Shown here piece after piece: positions 9,323-20,321 of a stretch of 32,518 nucleotides of DNA; positions within the stretch are counted from its first letter, which is position 1, and the number at the start of each line of letters is the position of its first letter. A program made the position numbers and the translations under genes. Under the pieces are notes generated by a model. That model had not been told where the DNA came from and searched no databases. It saw only the letters and a list, made by a program, of their open reading frames with translations. Source of the stretch: Batkoa obscura (taxonomy: Eukaryota); the NCBI GenBank assembly GCA_030770535.1, contig JASVEC010000200.1, positions 1 to 32,518 on the forward strand. The letters are read 5' to 3'.

Positions 9323-11441
9323 ATGGACACTAATACAGTGTATCCTATTGAAGCAATAGAAGTAAGATATATTTTCACTTTGTTTTATAAAAAATAAACA
9401 AATTTCTACTTTAAAAGGAAGTAGGGGATTCCTTAGGCTTATCTTCGATACCTAAAGATGGTTTATCAAGTTTAGCTGATGATGTTGAGTTTCGTATTAA
9501 AGAAGTAGTACAGGTGAGTTGTTTTAATAATACAAATGAAATTATAAGTATATTAATAAACTAATCTTATTGTTAGGAAGCTATTAAGTTTATGAAACAT
9601 GGTAAAAGAGAAAGGTTAACTTTAGATGATATTAATTTAGCGTTAAGAGTTCGTAGTGTTGAAGTAAGATTTAAATCTATAATTAAATAATAGTAATTTT
9701 AATTCATTTCATTTTAGCCATTATATGGGTTTAATTCTAGTGGTGGTTTAAGGTTTAATAGTGTTAAATATTCAAATCAAGAACTTTATTATTTACAAGA
9801 TAAAGATATTGAATTAGAGACTTTATTATCAACTCCACTTCCTCCTGCTCCTATGGACTTAAGTTTTACTGGTAAATTAATTGAATTAGATTTCTATTTA
9901 ATTTAATTTAATAATATTTTCATGTCACTTAGCTCATTGGCTAGCAGTAGAAGGTATTCAACCATTAATACCACAAAATCCAATTGAAAGGGGTAAGTAA
10001 AATAGATTTACACAATTGTAATCAAACTAACTTGTTATTGACCTAACTTTATATTATTATTTAATATAGATGAACCTGATAAATTCTTATTAAAAAAGAG
10101 TAAAATTAGTATCAATAGCACTATCAAGCCCATAGATAATCTAACTTCCAATATGGATATGGATGTGAAACCAATTGTAAAACATAATTTAAGTCGAGAA
10201 TTAAGAAAACATTTTGAAAATTTAGCATCTGCTTTAGTAGCGGAGGATATTGAAGTTCAAAAAGCAGCTCATGATTCTTTAAATAAAGATCCAGGTTTAC
10301 AACAACTATTACCTTATTTTATTCAATATATATCTGAGAAGGTAAATTAGCATATATGCTAAAATTTTACAAATAATTTATTTTTTTATTATAATTTAGA
10401 CAGTCAAGAGTTTTGATAAAATTAATATATTAAAGTCTTTATTAACTGCTTTAGAAATGATTATGTTAAATAGTTATTTTTTTATAACACCCTATGTAAG
10501 TCAATTATTCTCATTTATTTGTTATTTGATTAGTTGATTTTTGTTATTTAGCTTCATCAAATTTGTCCAGTAATACTCACTTGTTTAATTACTAAAAGAA
10601 TGGGTAATAATATGGAAAGAGAGTTAAGTCATTGGCAACTACGCCATCAAGCCAGTGATTTATTAAGATTAATTTATCAAAAAATTGAATTTACTCATCC
10701 AAATGCAAGACCTAAGATAGTTAAAACTTTATTTTCAGCTATTTTTGATCCGCAATCAACTATCACTACGTTTTATGGGGGTATCTTAGGTATTAAAACA
10801 TTGAGTGATTCTTTATTTGATAGTTGCATTCCACCCAATTTAAATTCTATTTCAATGAAATTACAAAGCTTTAATGGGAAGGAAGAGTCAAGAGAAATAA
10901 TTAGATGTATGGAAATGATAGTGGTAAGTGAAGATATATATTTATATTTATTTATTTTAATTATTATTCTTAATATTTTATTTAATTCATTACTGAGGAT
11001 CTTTATTTTAATATAATAAATTAGGACTTTCTAGCGGATGCTGCCGAGAATAAAAAATATTTGCAAAATGAATCTGCAATCTCAATTGTAAAATTAAATC
11101 AATTAATTCCCTATCAACCTTTAGCCCAAGAAATTATTAAATCACAACATTTTAAATCAATTTGTGTATATTTAAATCAAGTTATTTTTAATAATAAAAA
11201 TGAAAAGGAGAGTATTGTCAATGTTGAAAAAGGAAATTTAGAATTGGAAAAGACGGAGAAAATTGAGAGTGTTCAAGAAATGGAAACAGATAAGGAAACA
11301 GAAAACAAGATTGAACATAAGAATGAAGAGAACAAAGTAGAAAATAAAGAAAATGATAGTGATAATATGGATTCTAATGAAAATGACAAACAAATAATGG
11401 AAGAGGAAGATGATGACGATGATCAATGGGATGAAGAATAA
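9323..11441 (+). CDS. TAF6: TFIID/SAGA subunit TAF6; approximate exons 9323-9361, 9418-9513, 9577-9663, 9718-9871, 9933-9992, 10070-10341, 10400-10495, 10552-10923, 11025-11441
   Basis: Histone fold LADDVEFRIKEVVQ|EAIKFMKHGKRERLTLDDINLAL; also EPLYGF, AHWLAVEGIQPLIPQNP, VKHNLSREL, DPGLQQLLPYF and HWQLR; acidic tail. Confidence 0.95.
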
Positions 11442-11783
11442 TATGAATTTTATATATGCTGTTATTCTAAATCAATAAGACTTAAAATTAATGAGTATTT
11501 AATAATACTACAAAATAAAATGCTGTAGTTATAAATAAATGATCAAAGTGAAGAATCCAAGTTAAAATAATAAACTATATATTTTTATTAATAATTGCTT
11601 TTTAAATCCAAATTTTTTATATGATAAACAATAGTAATAATAATGATTTTATAATAAAAAGTTTAATTTAAAAAAACTCACAAATAATAAAAGTTAAAAG
11701 ATCGTAGTAGAATAAAAAAAGAATTGAGCAAATAATTTGTTTGATGCAGTATAAATAAAGTAGCAAGACAAATTGATCTTGCA

Positions 11784-13284
11784 TTAAATCCAAGAAGCTA
11801 CTTGTTTCTTATTACTATCATCAATTTCATTTTGATTATTGTTATTGTTATTTCCAACTTGAGTATCTTCCTCCAATAATAATTTGTTTAATTCTACCTC
11901 TTGATTTTTACTCAAATAAATGGGTTTTTGGTCATTTAATATACATTCTTTAGTAATAACTACAAATTTAACACTTGTTCCTGGCACATCATACATGGGT
12001 TCCAATAATATTTTTTCCTATTAAATGTATTTATAAATAATTAAATAAACAATAATTATTAGTTATTATTTTGATATATACAAAACAAATTTACCATAAT
12101 CCTTCTTAATCCTCTAGCTCCAGTTTGTTTTTTAATAGCTAATTGAGCAATTGCTTTTAAAGAAGAATTGGTAAATTTTAATTGGATCTAAAATAATTTA
12201 TATAAAATTAATTTATTTATATTAAAAACAAAATTATTAATTAAAATTATTTTAGAATTTACCTTATTTAAATTAAATAATCCTTGATATTGTTTAATTA
12301 GGCAATTTTTAGGTTCAGTTAATACTCGAATTAAAGAAGATTCATCTAATGAAGTGACATTAGCTAATACAGGTAATCGTCCAATAAATTCGGGTATTAA
12401 TCCATATTTTATTAAATCTAAATATTAATAATTAATGATTAATATTATTATGACTATAACTATTACCCATAGGTTCTACTAATTCTAAATAGTCCATTTG
12501 ATTATTAATTTCATTGTTACTATCTAAGTTCCCTTTTTTAATTGGCGCATTAAAACCAATAGACTAAATAAATAAATAATATTAATATTAAAATAATAAA
12601 TAAAACAAATAAATAAGCTTACTGATTTTGCTAATCTATTCGCAATAATTTTTTCTAAACCAACAAAAGCTCCTGATAAAATAAATAAAATATTAGAAGT
12701 ATCTACTGTAAACGTATCCCCTTTATTTCCGCCTGATAAATTAGAATTATTATTAGAATTGGGATTTTTCCTATTAGATGAGCCATTTTTATCTGTTATT
12801 GTTATTGTTGTTCCTTCTAACATTCTTAATAACGCTTGTTGAACTCCCTCTCCTGACACATCTTTAGAAATCGATAAAGCATCTGGTCGCCTTGCTATTT
12901 TATCGATTTCATCAATAAATACAATGCCTTGTTCTGCTTTTTTAATATCATAATCACAATTCTAATTTATTATCATTATTAAATATTAAACTATTTAAGA
13001 TTAAAATTACTTGTAATAATCTTTGAATAACTAATTCTACATCTTCACCTACATAACCGGCTTGTGTAAATGGTGTTGCATCTGACATTGAAAATGGTAC
13101 TTTTAATATATTAGCTAATGTTCTTGCTAATAATGTTTTTCCTAAATTATTTAATATTAGTTACTAAAATAGTAGATTATTTATATTCTATTTAGTTTTA
13201 CCTGATCCTGTTGGTCCTAATAATAATACGTTGCTTTTATCAAATGTTGTATCCAATATACAATTTTCATTTTCACTATTGATT

Positions 13285-13340
<56 letters not shown>

Positions 13341-14240
13341 TAAATGATCTGAACTTGGATTAATCCAGTTTCTTTTTAATTGATGATATTGGAATGAAGT
13401 AGTATTCGTAACAGGTAATGGAACTAAATAGTAAACGTTAATAAAAAACATAAACCTTTTCTTATAAAATTTAACTTACTTCTTGAAATTGTTGAGTTAC
13501 TATGATGTTGATTAATTGTATTAATATCATTATTTAAATCAAAATTAATATCTTCATTATATTTACTATTAATTCCATTGTGTTGTTGTTGATGGTTCAT
13601 ATTATTAGTATTGATATTTTGTTGATATTTCATTTTATTATTAGCTTTAACTCGATTATAATGATTAAATAAAGCTACTGATAATATTTTTTTAGCTCTT
13701 TCTTGACCAATTACATAATCATCTAAATGTTTATTAATCTAAATAAATATAATAAATTAATAAATTAACAATGAAATTTTATCTTACCATTCGTGGAGTA
13801 GTTAATAAATTATTAAAGCCAAAATCTTCTTCTTCTTCTTCTTCAATAATTTCATTATCGATATGTTCAAATCCACCACCATAATTATACGTTTGTTTAT
13901 CCATTTTAGATGTAAATATATGACTATGGTTATTACCATTATTATTATTATTTAATTTATCTTTATCTTTATTACAAGTTGTAATAATATCTATAAGAGA
14001 AAAAAAGAGATCAGTTTTTTTTAACAATAATAGATTGATAATAATAATAATACCTCTTGTAACACCATTATTTTTTTCCCATTTTTTTTTAATCAATTCT
14101 CCATTAGATTTGGTTTTCTTTTCTTTTTTTTGAATTACTGAACTATTACTATTATTCAAATTACTCGTATAACAACGAGTTAATAAACATTGAAATGGAT
14201 AAATTTGTATTGTTTTTTTCTTTGGAATTAGAAGCATCAT
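11784..14240 (-). CDS. CLPX: Mitochondrial ClpX AAA+ ATPase, 10 exons
   Basis: [44 protein letters not shown] (Walker A); [24 protein letters not shown] (Walker B); [16 protein letters not shown] ClpP-docking loop; [22 protein letters not shown]. The N-terminus is basic. Confidence 0.93.
13287..13340 (-). repeat. Perfect (AAT)18 microsatellite encoding poly-Asn in ClpX
   Basis: 54 nt of uninterrupted ATT on the + strand, in frame within the exon preceding Walker A. Confidence 0.95.
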
Positions 14241-14572
14241 AGTTAAAAGTTTCTCTTATTGCCGTTGTTGTTTAAAAAAGTTATGTAGAAATATAAAAAA
14301 TGAGAAAAAATATAGTTAAAATATTTATTATAAATATTCCTCAGTATGCTCAATTAGCCAAATGTGACGGTTAAAATCGTGCTAAATCAGATTAGTTTAT
14401 TTTTAAGCCCATCAATCAAACTTCATTATGTAACCCAATGTTATCCTTTAATTTGTTAAAAATCCTTTCTTATGCTTATGAATCAAAAATGCAAGTAACC
14501 TTTAAAACAAAAAGGAGTTAAGATGAGTAATCCAAATTTTATTAATATGTCATCTCCTTCAAAAGTACTTCA

Positions 14573-15472
14573 TTAATAAAACCAAGCCATTTGAGGAAGT
14601 ATAGCATGTCGATTTTTAACAATATGTTTATATTTGGGCATATTTTCAAAATACCAATGATGATTAGAATAAGCGGTAATGATAAGATTTAGAACTACCA
14701 ATAGCGAGATGAAGATTAAGTTTAAAGACTTAAATTGGTCCATTAATAAAAAAGAAAGATAGATTAGTAACTCATGATAATAATGGGGGTTACTACAATA
14801 TTTGAAATAAGAAGTTAATGGTAAGGAATATTTTTCTTTAATATCATTATTTCGTAAGTTAGCTAGATCAACGTGGCAGTTGAATTGATGATAACTTGAA
14901 TAAAAAAATAAGGCGATGGAAAAATAAAAGGTAACATCCGTAGTTAATGAGGTATGGTTTTGTTTATAGATAGCATAGCTTAATACAGCATTAAAATTTA
15001 ATAATAAACTTAAATTAAAGTAATAGTAGATGCCTAGTAATAAAATCAACACATTCATTTTTGAATTGGCTGAAAACTGGTGAATCTTTATCGTTTCATA
15101 ATACCTTCTAAAACCTTGAAATTGTAATAACAAAGGTAAATAAATAGCATGTTCTGAAATGGTATTTGTATTATAATACTTGGAATAATAGTTTATATCC
15201 AAGTTGTATTCAATTAACAATTGATTTTTATAAAAAAAATTGAAGCTGACAAAAAGTAAATTGGTAACTATTAAAAATAAATAAAAACAATTAAACTTTT
15301 TTTTAGATATTGTTAACCAACCACTTTTCATTCTATTATCTTTGTTTCGTCCATAGTGAATAATATTTTGTTTTATAAATTGATTTTGATTTAATATTAA
15401 TAATAAAATTATACATAAAATTATTCCTTTTTGATTAATTTCTAAGATTGAATGGATCACACTTAACATCAT
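14573..15472 (-). CDS. DFG10: Polyprenol/polyprenal reductase (steroid 5-alpha-reductase family, DFG10/SRD5A3-like), intronless
   Basis: Multi-pass hydrophobic 299-aa ORF with HYGR, QGFRRYYET, HQFNCHVDLANLR, YSLP, PHYYHELLIY, HHWY and RHAILP. Confidence 0.85.
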   Translation of the reverse strand: MMLSVIHSILEINQKGIILCIILLLILNQNQFIKQNIIHYGRNKDNRMKSGWLTISKKKFNCFYLFLIVTNLLFVSFNFFYKNQLLIEYNLDINYYSKYYNTNTISEHAIYLPLLLQFQGFRRYYETIKIHQFSANSKMNVLILLLGIYYYFNLSLLLNFNAVLSYAIYKQNHTSLTTDVTFYFSIALFFYSSYHQFNCHVDLANLRNNDIKEKYSLPLTSYFKYCSNPHYYHELLIYLSFLLMDQFKSLNLIFISLLVVLNLIITAYSNHHWYFENMPKYKHIVKNRHAILPQMAWFY

Positions 15473-16101
15473 TTGAGATTGTTAAGACTTATTAAATTGA
15501 AACTTCTCTCGAATTTTTATTTCTATTTTAACCCCTTTTCTACTTGTACTCACTTACTCCTTCAACCTCAAGGCATTATTGCAAAAACTTTAAGAATTGA
15601 GTGCAAAAATAAGCTTTCAAATAACTAGTTGATGAGAGCTGCCATTGGGTTAAAAGAATGCAAATTTTAGTTATTTTTGGCTAAAAATTGGTTAACTTTT
15701 GATCATTAACTCAAATTGGTATAGCTTTATTAACTATTAATTTAACCGATTAGTAATCCCGCTTTAGGTGGTTGTGATACAGTTTTTCCGTATGTCGGTG
15801 GTGGTTGAATGTAAATAAAGACGAGATAAAGGAATTGTAATTTATTTGTTTAAATAATATTATGAGAGTTTTGTCTTTGTGAATATATATGTTTTTTGTC
15901 ATTGTTTTGTTTTTTTCTCTTTATTAAAATTAACTTTAAACTAATATTATCAATTAATTAAGAAAGCCCATCATTGTTAATATTTTAATTCAATTAAAAT
16001 GAAGCTTAAAAAAATTAATGAAAGCCTTAAAAGAATAAAAAATCATTAAAATAAAATAACTTATTTCTTTTAAATTTAAATATAAAATTATCAACTACAA
16101 A

Positions 16102-16638
16102 ATGGAAAAAATGCTACAATTAAAAGAAACTATGCATAAAAATTATAATCGAATTGATGAAGATGAAGTAGAATTAACTTCTTTAATTGAAAAAGGAAGA
16201 GAATCAAGAACAGAAGATTATTTTGAGTCTGCAGGCCATAGTAGCAATCTACGTCTAGAAAGACGAGGTAGTCAATTATTATCCAATGGTTTATCCCTGA
16301 CTAGCATTCTATATAGTGATCAGTTTCTGACTTTATATCCCACTAAAATTGAAGTCAAGCATTATTATTTCCCATTAGGAAAATCTAAGTTCATTGATAT
16401 AGTTGATATAGTATCCCTATCTACTCCAGAAGTGATGAATTTACCTTGGTGGGATTATATGAATTGGGGAAGAGGATACAATTCAATTTGGTGGGCTAAA
16501 GATAATGAACGTGGTTTAGAAAAAAAGTTTCAAGCGATTATTATTAAACAAAGAGGAGAGAATACATTGAAAGCATTTTCAACTGAAAATAGAGTTAGAG
16601 TCATGGATATTTTAAAGGAAAGGTTGATGCTTTGTTAA
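16102..16638 (+). CDS. Conserved hypothetical protein, 178 aa, probable PH-like C-terminal domain
   Basis: Intronless ORF. The motif pattern YxD-x-L...YYFPxGxxKxI...WG...WWxxD..R...AFSxEN resembles, from memory, a small uncharacterised family. Confidence 0.75.
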   Translation: MEKMLQLKETMHKNYNRIDEDEVELTSLIEKGRESRTEDYFESAGHSSNLRLERRGSQLLSNGLSLTSILYSDQFLTLYPTKIEVKHYYFPLGKSKFIDIVDIVSLSTPEVMNLPWWDYMNWGRGYNSIWWAKDNERGLEKKFQAIIIKQRGENTLKAFSTENRVRVMDILKERLMLC

Positions 16639-17309
16639 ATTTTAAAAAGTGGTGGAGAGGTACCAACTAGGGGATAAGCTTGAAGTGGATGAACTGGTTT
16701 TATTTGGATTGTCTTATTTTATTATCCTAAATAAACTTTTTTTAAGTTATTATACTGTTAAGGAGGTTGAATGAATTGCTTAAAACTTGAATTGGAAGGT
16801 AAAATAAATTCAAGATAGATTCATTTTTAGAAATCTAGTTTAATGAAGGAGAGCTCAATCTCTACTATTAATGTTTTTTGGTAAATACTTAATAATGCTT
16901 GAATAGATTACTGTATTTTAGTACAACAAAATGACAAGATAACGTGCATTTAGAATCTACACATTGCAAGTAAAGTAATTTAATATCAAACATACAATAA
17001 TGTATATCAACTAAAAAGGAGTTAATATTCTTAAGTTTAAAAAAAGGTCGTATAAGGCTAATAAAGTGATTCATTTATTTGATAGATATTATATATTTAA
17101 TATTGTATTAATGTAGTTTTAAATAAATCGTTTTAATAAATTTAAAAAATGAAATAGAGTTTATAACAAATTTGTTTAAAAGAAAAACAGGTAGCAATAA
17201 CCTTATAAACTATAAAAGAAACTTTATGCTTAATTAATATTTAGAAAATACTATAATAAATGATTGATATTTATTACTATTACTTAATATAAGCTTGTAT
17301 ATTAAATTA

Positions 17310-17464
17310 TAGCTGTTGTAACTCTTGCGATTTTTTTAGCTGGGTTTTCTATAACATTTATAACCATTTTTTCTATGATTAGTTCTCACATTTTAACAAA
17401 ATTTTGATATATCAGCTTTTTCTTAAATGAGTAGTTAATTAAGTAGAAAGAGTTACAACAGCTA
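17310..17464. mobile_element. 155-bp TA-flanked TIR element (Tc1/mariner-type MITE)
   Basis: Perfect 21-bp inverted repeat including flanks: ATTATAGCTGTTGTAACTCTT (17306-17326) and AAGAGTTACAACAGCTATAAT (17448-17468). Confidence 0.7.
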
Positions 17465-17630
17465 TAATAATAAAGAAGTCAAAGTAACAACTTTAGATCA
17501 ATTTAACCAATAATATTAGTTTGCAATGAATTTCAATTAAAAAACATTATCATAAATCAAAAAATTAAAGTTTATTCACTTATATTTTAGAACAAAATGG
17601 CACTCAAGTTTGATCAATTGACTAATATTT

Positions 17631-17727
17631 GGGGATGTATTTTTTTGTTTAAGAATTTTACTACAACCTTTCCACTCAAATAGTGCTTAAAAAATGGAAA
17701 AATAATGAAACCAAAAAAAACAGCCCC
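17631..17727 (+). mobile_element. GGGGATGT-MITE copy 7 (TSD ATTT)
   Basis: ATTT|GGGGATGT...ACAGCCCC|ATTT. Confidence 0.92.
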
Positions 17728-17743
17728 ATTTATTAAAAGATAT

Positions 17744-17838
17744 GGGGATGTTTTTTTTTGATTTCATTATTTTTTCCATTTTTAAGCGCTATTTGAGTAG
17801 GAAATTTGTTAGTAAAATTCTTAAAAAAATACATCCCC
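17744..17838 (-). mobile_element. GGGGATGT-MITE copy 8 (TSD ATAT)
   Basis: ATAT|GGGGATGT...ACATCCCC|ATAT. Confidence 0.92.
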
Positions 17839-17946
17839 ATATGTCCAAATTACTACCTTTAAAGGATTTATTTATATTTTTTATGTAAGTATTTATTTTG
17901 TATTAAAAATGGAATAATTTGGTATAATCTAATTTATTCAATATAT

Positions 17947-18045
17947 GGGATTGTTTTTTTTGGCTTCATTACTTTTTCCATCTTTTAAGCGCTATTTGAG
18001 TGGAAAAATTACTAGTAAAACTCTTAAATACAAAAATACATCCCC
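17947..18045 (-). mobile_element. GGGGATGT-MITE copy 9 (TSD ATAT)
   Basis: ATAT|GGGATTGT...ACATCCCC|ATAT. Confidence 0.92.
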
Positions 18046-18644
18046 ATATAATCAAAATATAATTCTTAAATATTATTATTATCAAAATAAACTAATCAAG
18101 GAGAATAAATTAATATTAAAACATATAAATATGTGTGATAATATAATAAAATATTTAAACCACTTTGAAGTGTTCAAGTCCAAAGCAATAATACTATAAC
18201 TGAAAAGATGATTAAATGTTTAAATTTAGATATATTAAAGTTATTTATAACTTATAATTTATAATGTTAACATGTTTTTTTAATATGTCAAATATTATTA
18301 AAACTAAACAAGAATCTTAAACACTATGATAACTTAAATTAAATGAAAAATGTGGAATTAATAAATTATGATTATATTTTTATAAACAAAAATTAAATTA
18401 GTATGAAATTAATTAAAAATAATAATATCACTGCTTTAAATACTTTCAGGCTAAGATTCCAACTTGATTGCAATTTTTATAAGTCAACAACATTAAAAAA
18501 ATATTTGACAAAGTGAAGCTAAATAAAATAAGTTTAAATGATAAAGCTTATAATTTATAGAATTGAGCTATGTTTTTATTATTAATCATACTTTTTATAT
18601 TTATTATAATATGTTATTATAAACTATTAAAAAGTATTATATGG

Positions 18645-19104
18645 TGTAAAATCTGATACTCAGTGTTTGGAGTCAAGAACAGCTATTACCTGGTTGACTA
18701 CACTATAGGTTGAAAGGTCTTAGTTTATGTGACTAAGATAGACTTGGATTATGAACAATAGCATGTTATAGGCTACAGAATAAGACAAATATAATAGATA
18801 ATATTAATTTAAGATCTACGTAAAATACTATTAAGAAAACTTAGTGACTTTATTAAATGTGCCAGATACCAGAGAATAACTCAGTTAAAAACCCTCTAGC
18901 TACTGTGTTTTAGAATCTCTTTTACACTCCGACAAATATAGATATCAAAACAAGAGGATAACATTCTTTGAGACGAAGATAGAAATTCTCATAGCAAATC
19001 AAACTAAGAACGTGGGATTAATTTTCTCTAAAATCGGGAACACAACAGCTTAGGCGATTATTATGCTATAATTAATTATGGGACTGACAAGGCGACATTT
19101 CACA
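18645..19104 (-). mobile_element. Solo-LTR-like dispersed repeat, copy B (~460 bp)
   Basis: Inverted homologue of 5958-6387. Candidate termini are TGTAAAAT (18645) and ATTTCACA (19104). No TSD was found, so the left boundary is tentative. Confidence 0.65.
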
Positions 19105-19111
19105 GTAATAT

Positions 19112-19157
19112 GGGAATGTATTTTTGCGTTTAAGAATTTTACTAGTAATTTTTCTAC
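19112..19157 (+). mobile_element. GGGGATGT-MITE copy 10 (5' half only)
   Basis: ATAT|GGGAATGTATTTTTGCGTTTAAGAATTTTACTAGTAATTTTTCTAC, then similarity stops. Confidence 0.8.
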
Positions 19158-19411
19158 CTGATATAAAAAACTTTTTGCAATTTATTAAAACATATTATAT
19201 TGCTAAATTAAAACAAATTATATAATATTTAGTTTTAAAAAAATCCTTTTATTATTATTTTATTACTTTAATTTAAAGTGAACCATTATTAGATTATTAA
19301 ATAGCTTTTATTTTTATTTGAATTAGCTATCGTTTATATATAGATATATGTTAAGTTTAACATACTAAAAAGCAGTTATTTGTTTTATTTGACAAAGTAA
19401 AAAATACAAAT

Positions 19412-19506
19412 GGGGATGTATTTTTTTGTTTAAGAACTTTACTAACAACCTTTCCGCTCAAATAGCACTTAAAAAATGGAGAAAGTAAACTAAAAAAAAC
19501 ATCCCC
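19412..19506 (+). mobile_element. GGGGATGT-MITE copy 11 (TSD AAAT)
   Basis: AAAT|GGGGATGT...ACATCCCC|AAAT. Confidence 0.92.
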
Positions 19507-20321
19507 AAATATTAGAAATAACAAGCTACAAAGATTAAGTCATTTAAAAAACCTTTAAGACTAAAAAAACATAGCTTGAGCTTTTATTTTTGAGAGTTAA
19601 AAAAACTATTAATGCTTGGCTATAAGTATAGAAAAGTTTTAAAATTACATAGTAAATAATTTAATTATTTTAAAGTATTTATACATAATTAAAAAAAGAA
19701 TACAATTTAAAAAAATATGGAAATTTTAAATCCAGATATAATAAAAATAATTATAATACATAATTCAAAACAGTTAAATAAATTCATAAATAAATTCATA
19801 AATAAATTAATTTTGACTTTACTAATAATGTTAGTTATTTTAATTAGATATTAATAAGTCGATTTAAATGCAACAAATAGTAACCAGCCACTTTTTGTAT
19901 TTAATGTTAAATAATTGTTTGCTAAAATACTTGAATAAATTAATCTTTTATAGTTTGTTTTAATAGCTCTAATATCATAAACTACAACAAACTCTATATA
20001 TTTTAAGATTAAGTTTAGACTATAGTAAAATTACAAATAATAGACAAAAAAAATAAAAAATGAGAGATAAAAAGCCAACATGTCTAATAAATGATTGAAA
20101 GAGCTATAGAGCAAAACTAGTAAGTTATTGCTGTTAGCTGACTAAAACTATAGATAGCTTGAGTTTTTATATTCTGATAATAATTAAGACATAAATATTG
20201 TTGGCTGCAAAAACTAAAGGGTTGGGATTCAAAAGTGCAAAGTTACTTCGAATAAAATTTGAAATCTGGAATCTAAAAAATTAAAGTTAAGAAACCAAAT
20301 AATCATTTTTTTATTTGAAAG

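Noticed and set aside
11238..11426. Hydrophobic antisense ORFs (11238-11426, 21878-22114, 660-845)
   Set aside because: They are shadows of GAA/GAT-rich acidic coding regions on the opposite strand.
3440..19506. The 98-bp repeats as a CRISPR array, SINE or structured ncRNA family
   Set aside because: They are dispersed in both orientations without spacers, have TIRs and TSDs, and lack a poly-A tail or a consistent Pol III A/B box.
20073..20207. AGCCAACA...TGTTGGCT inverted pair, with a related CAGCCAAC at ~7875
   Set aside because: The arms are too short and degenerate and there is no TSD; it may be an old MITE but cannot be supported.
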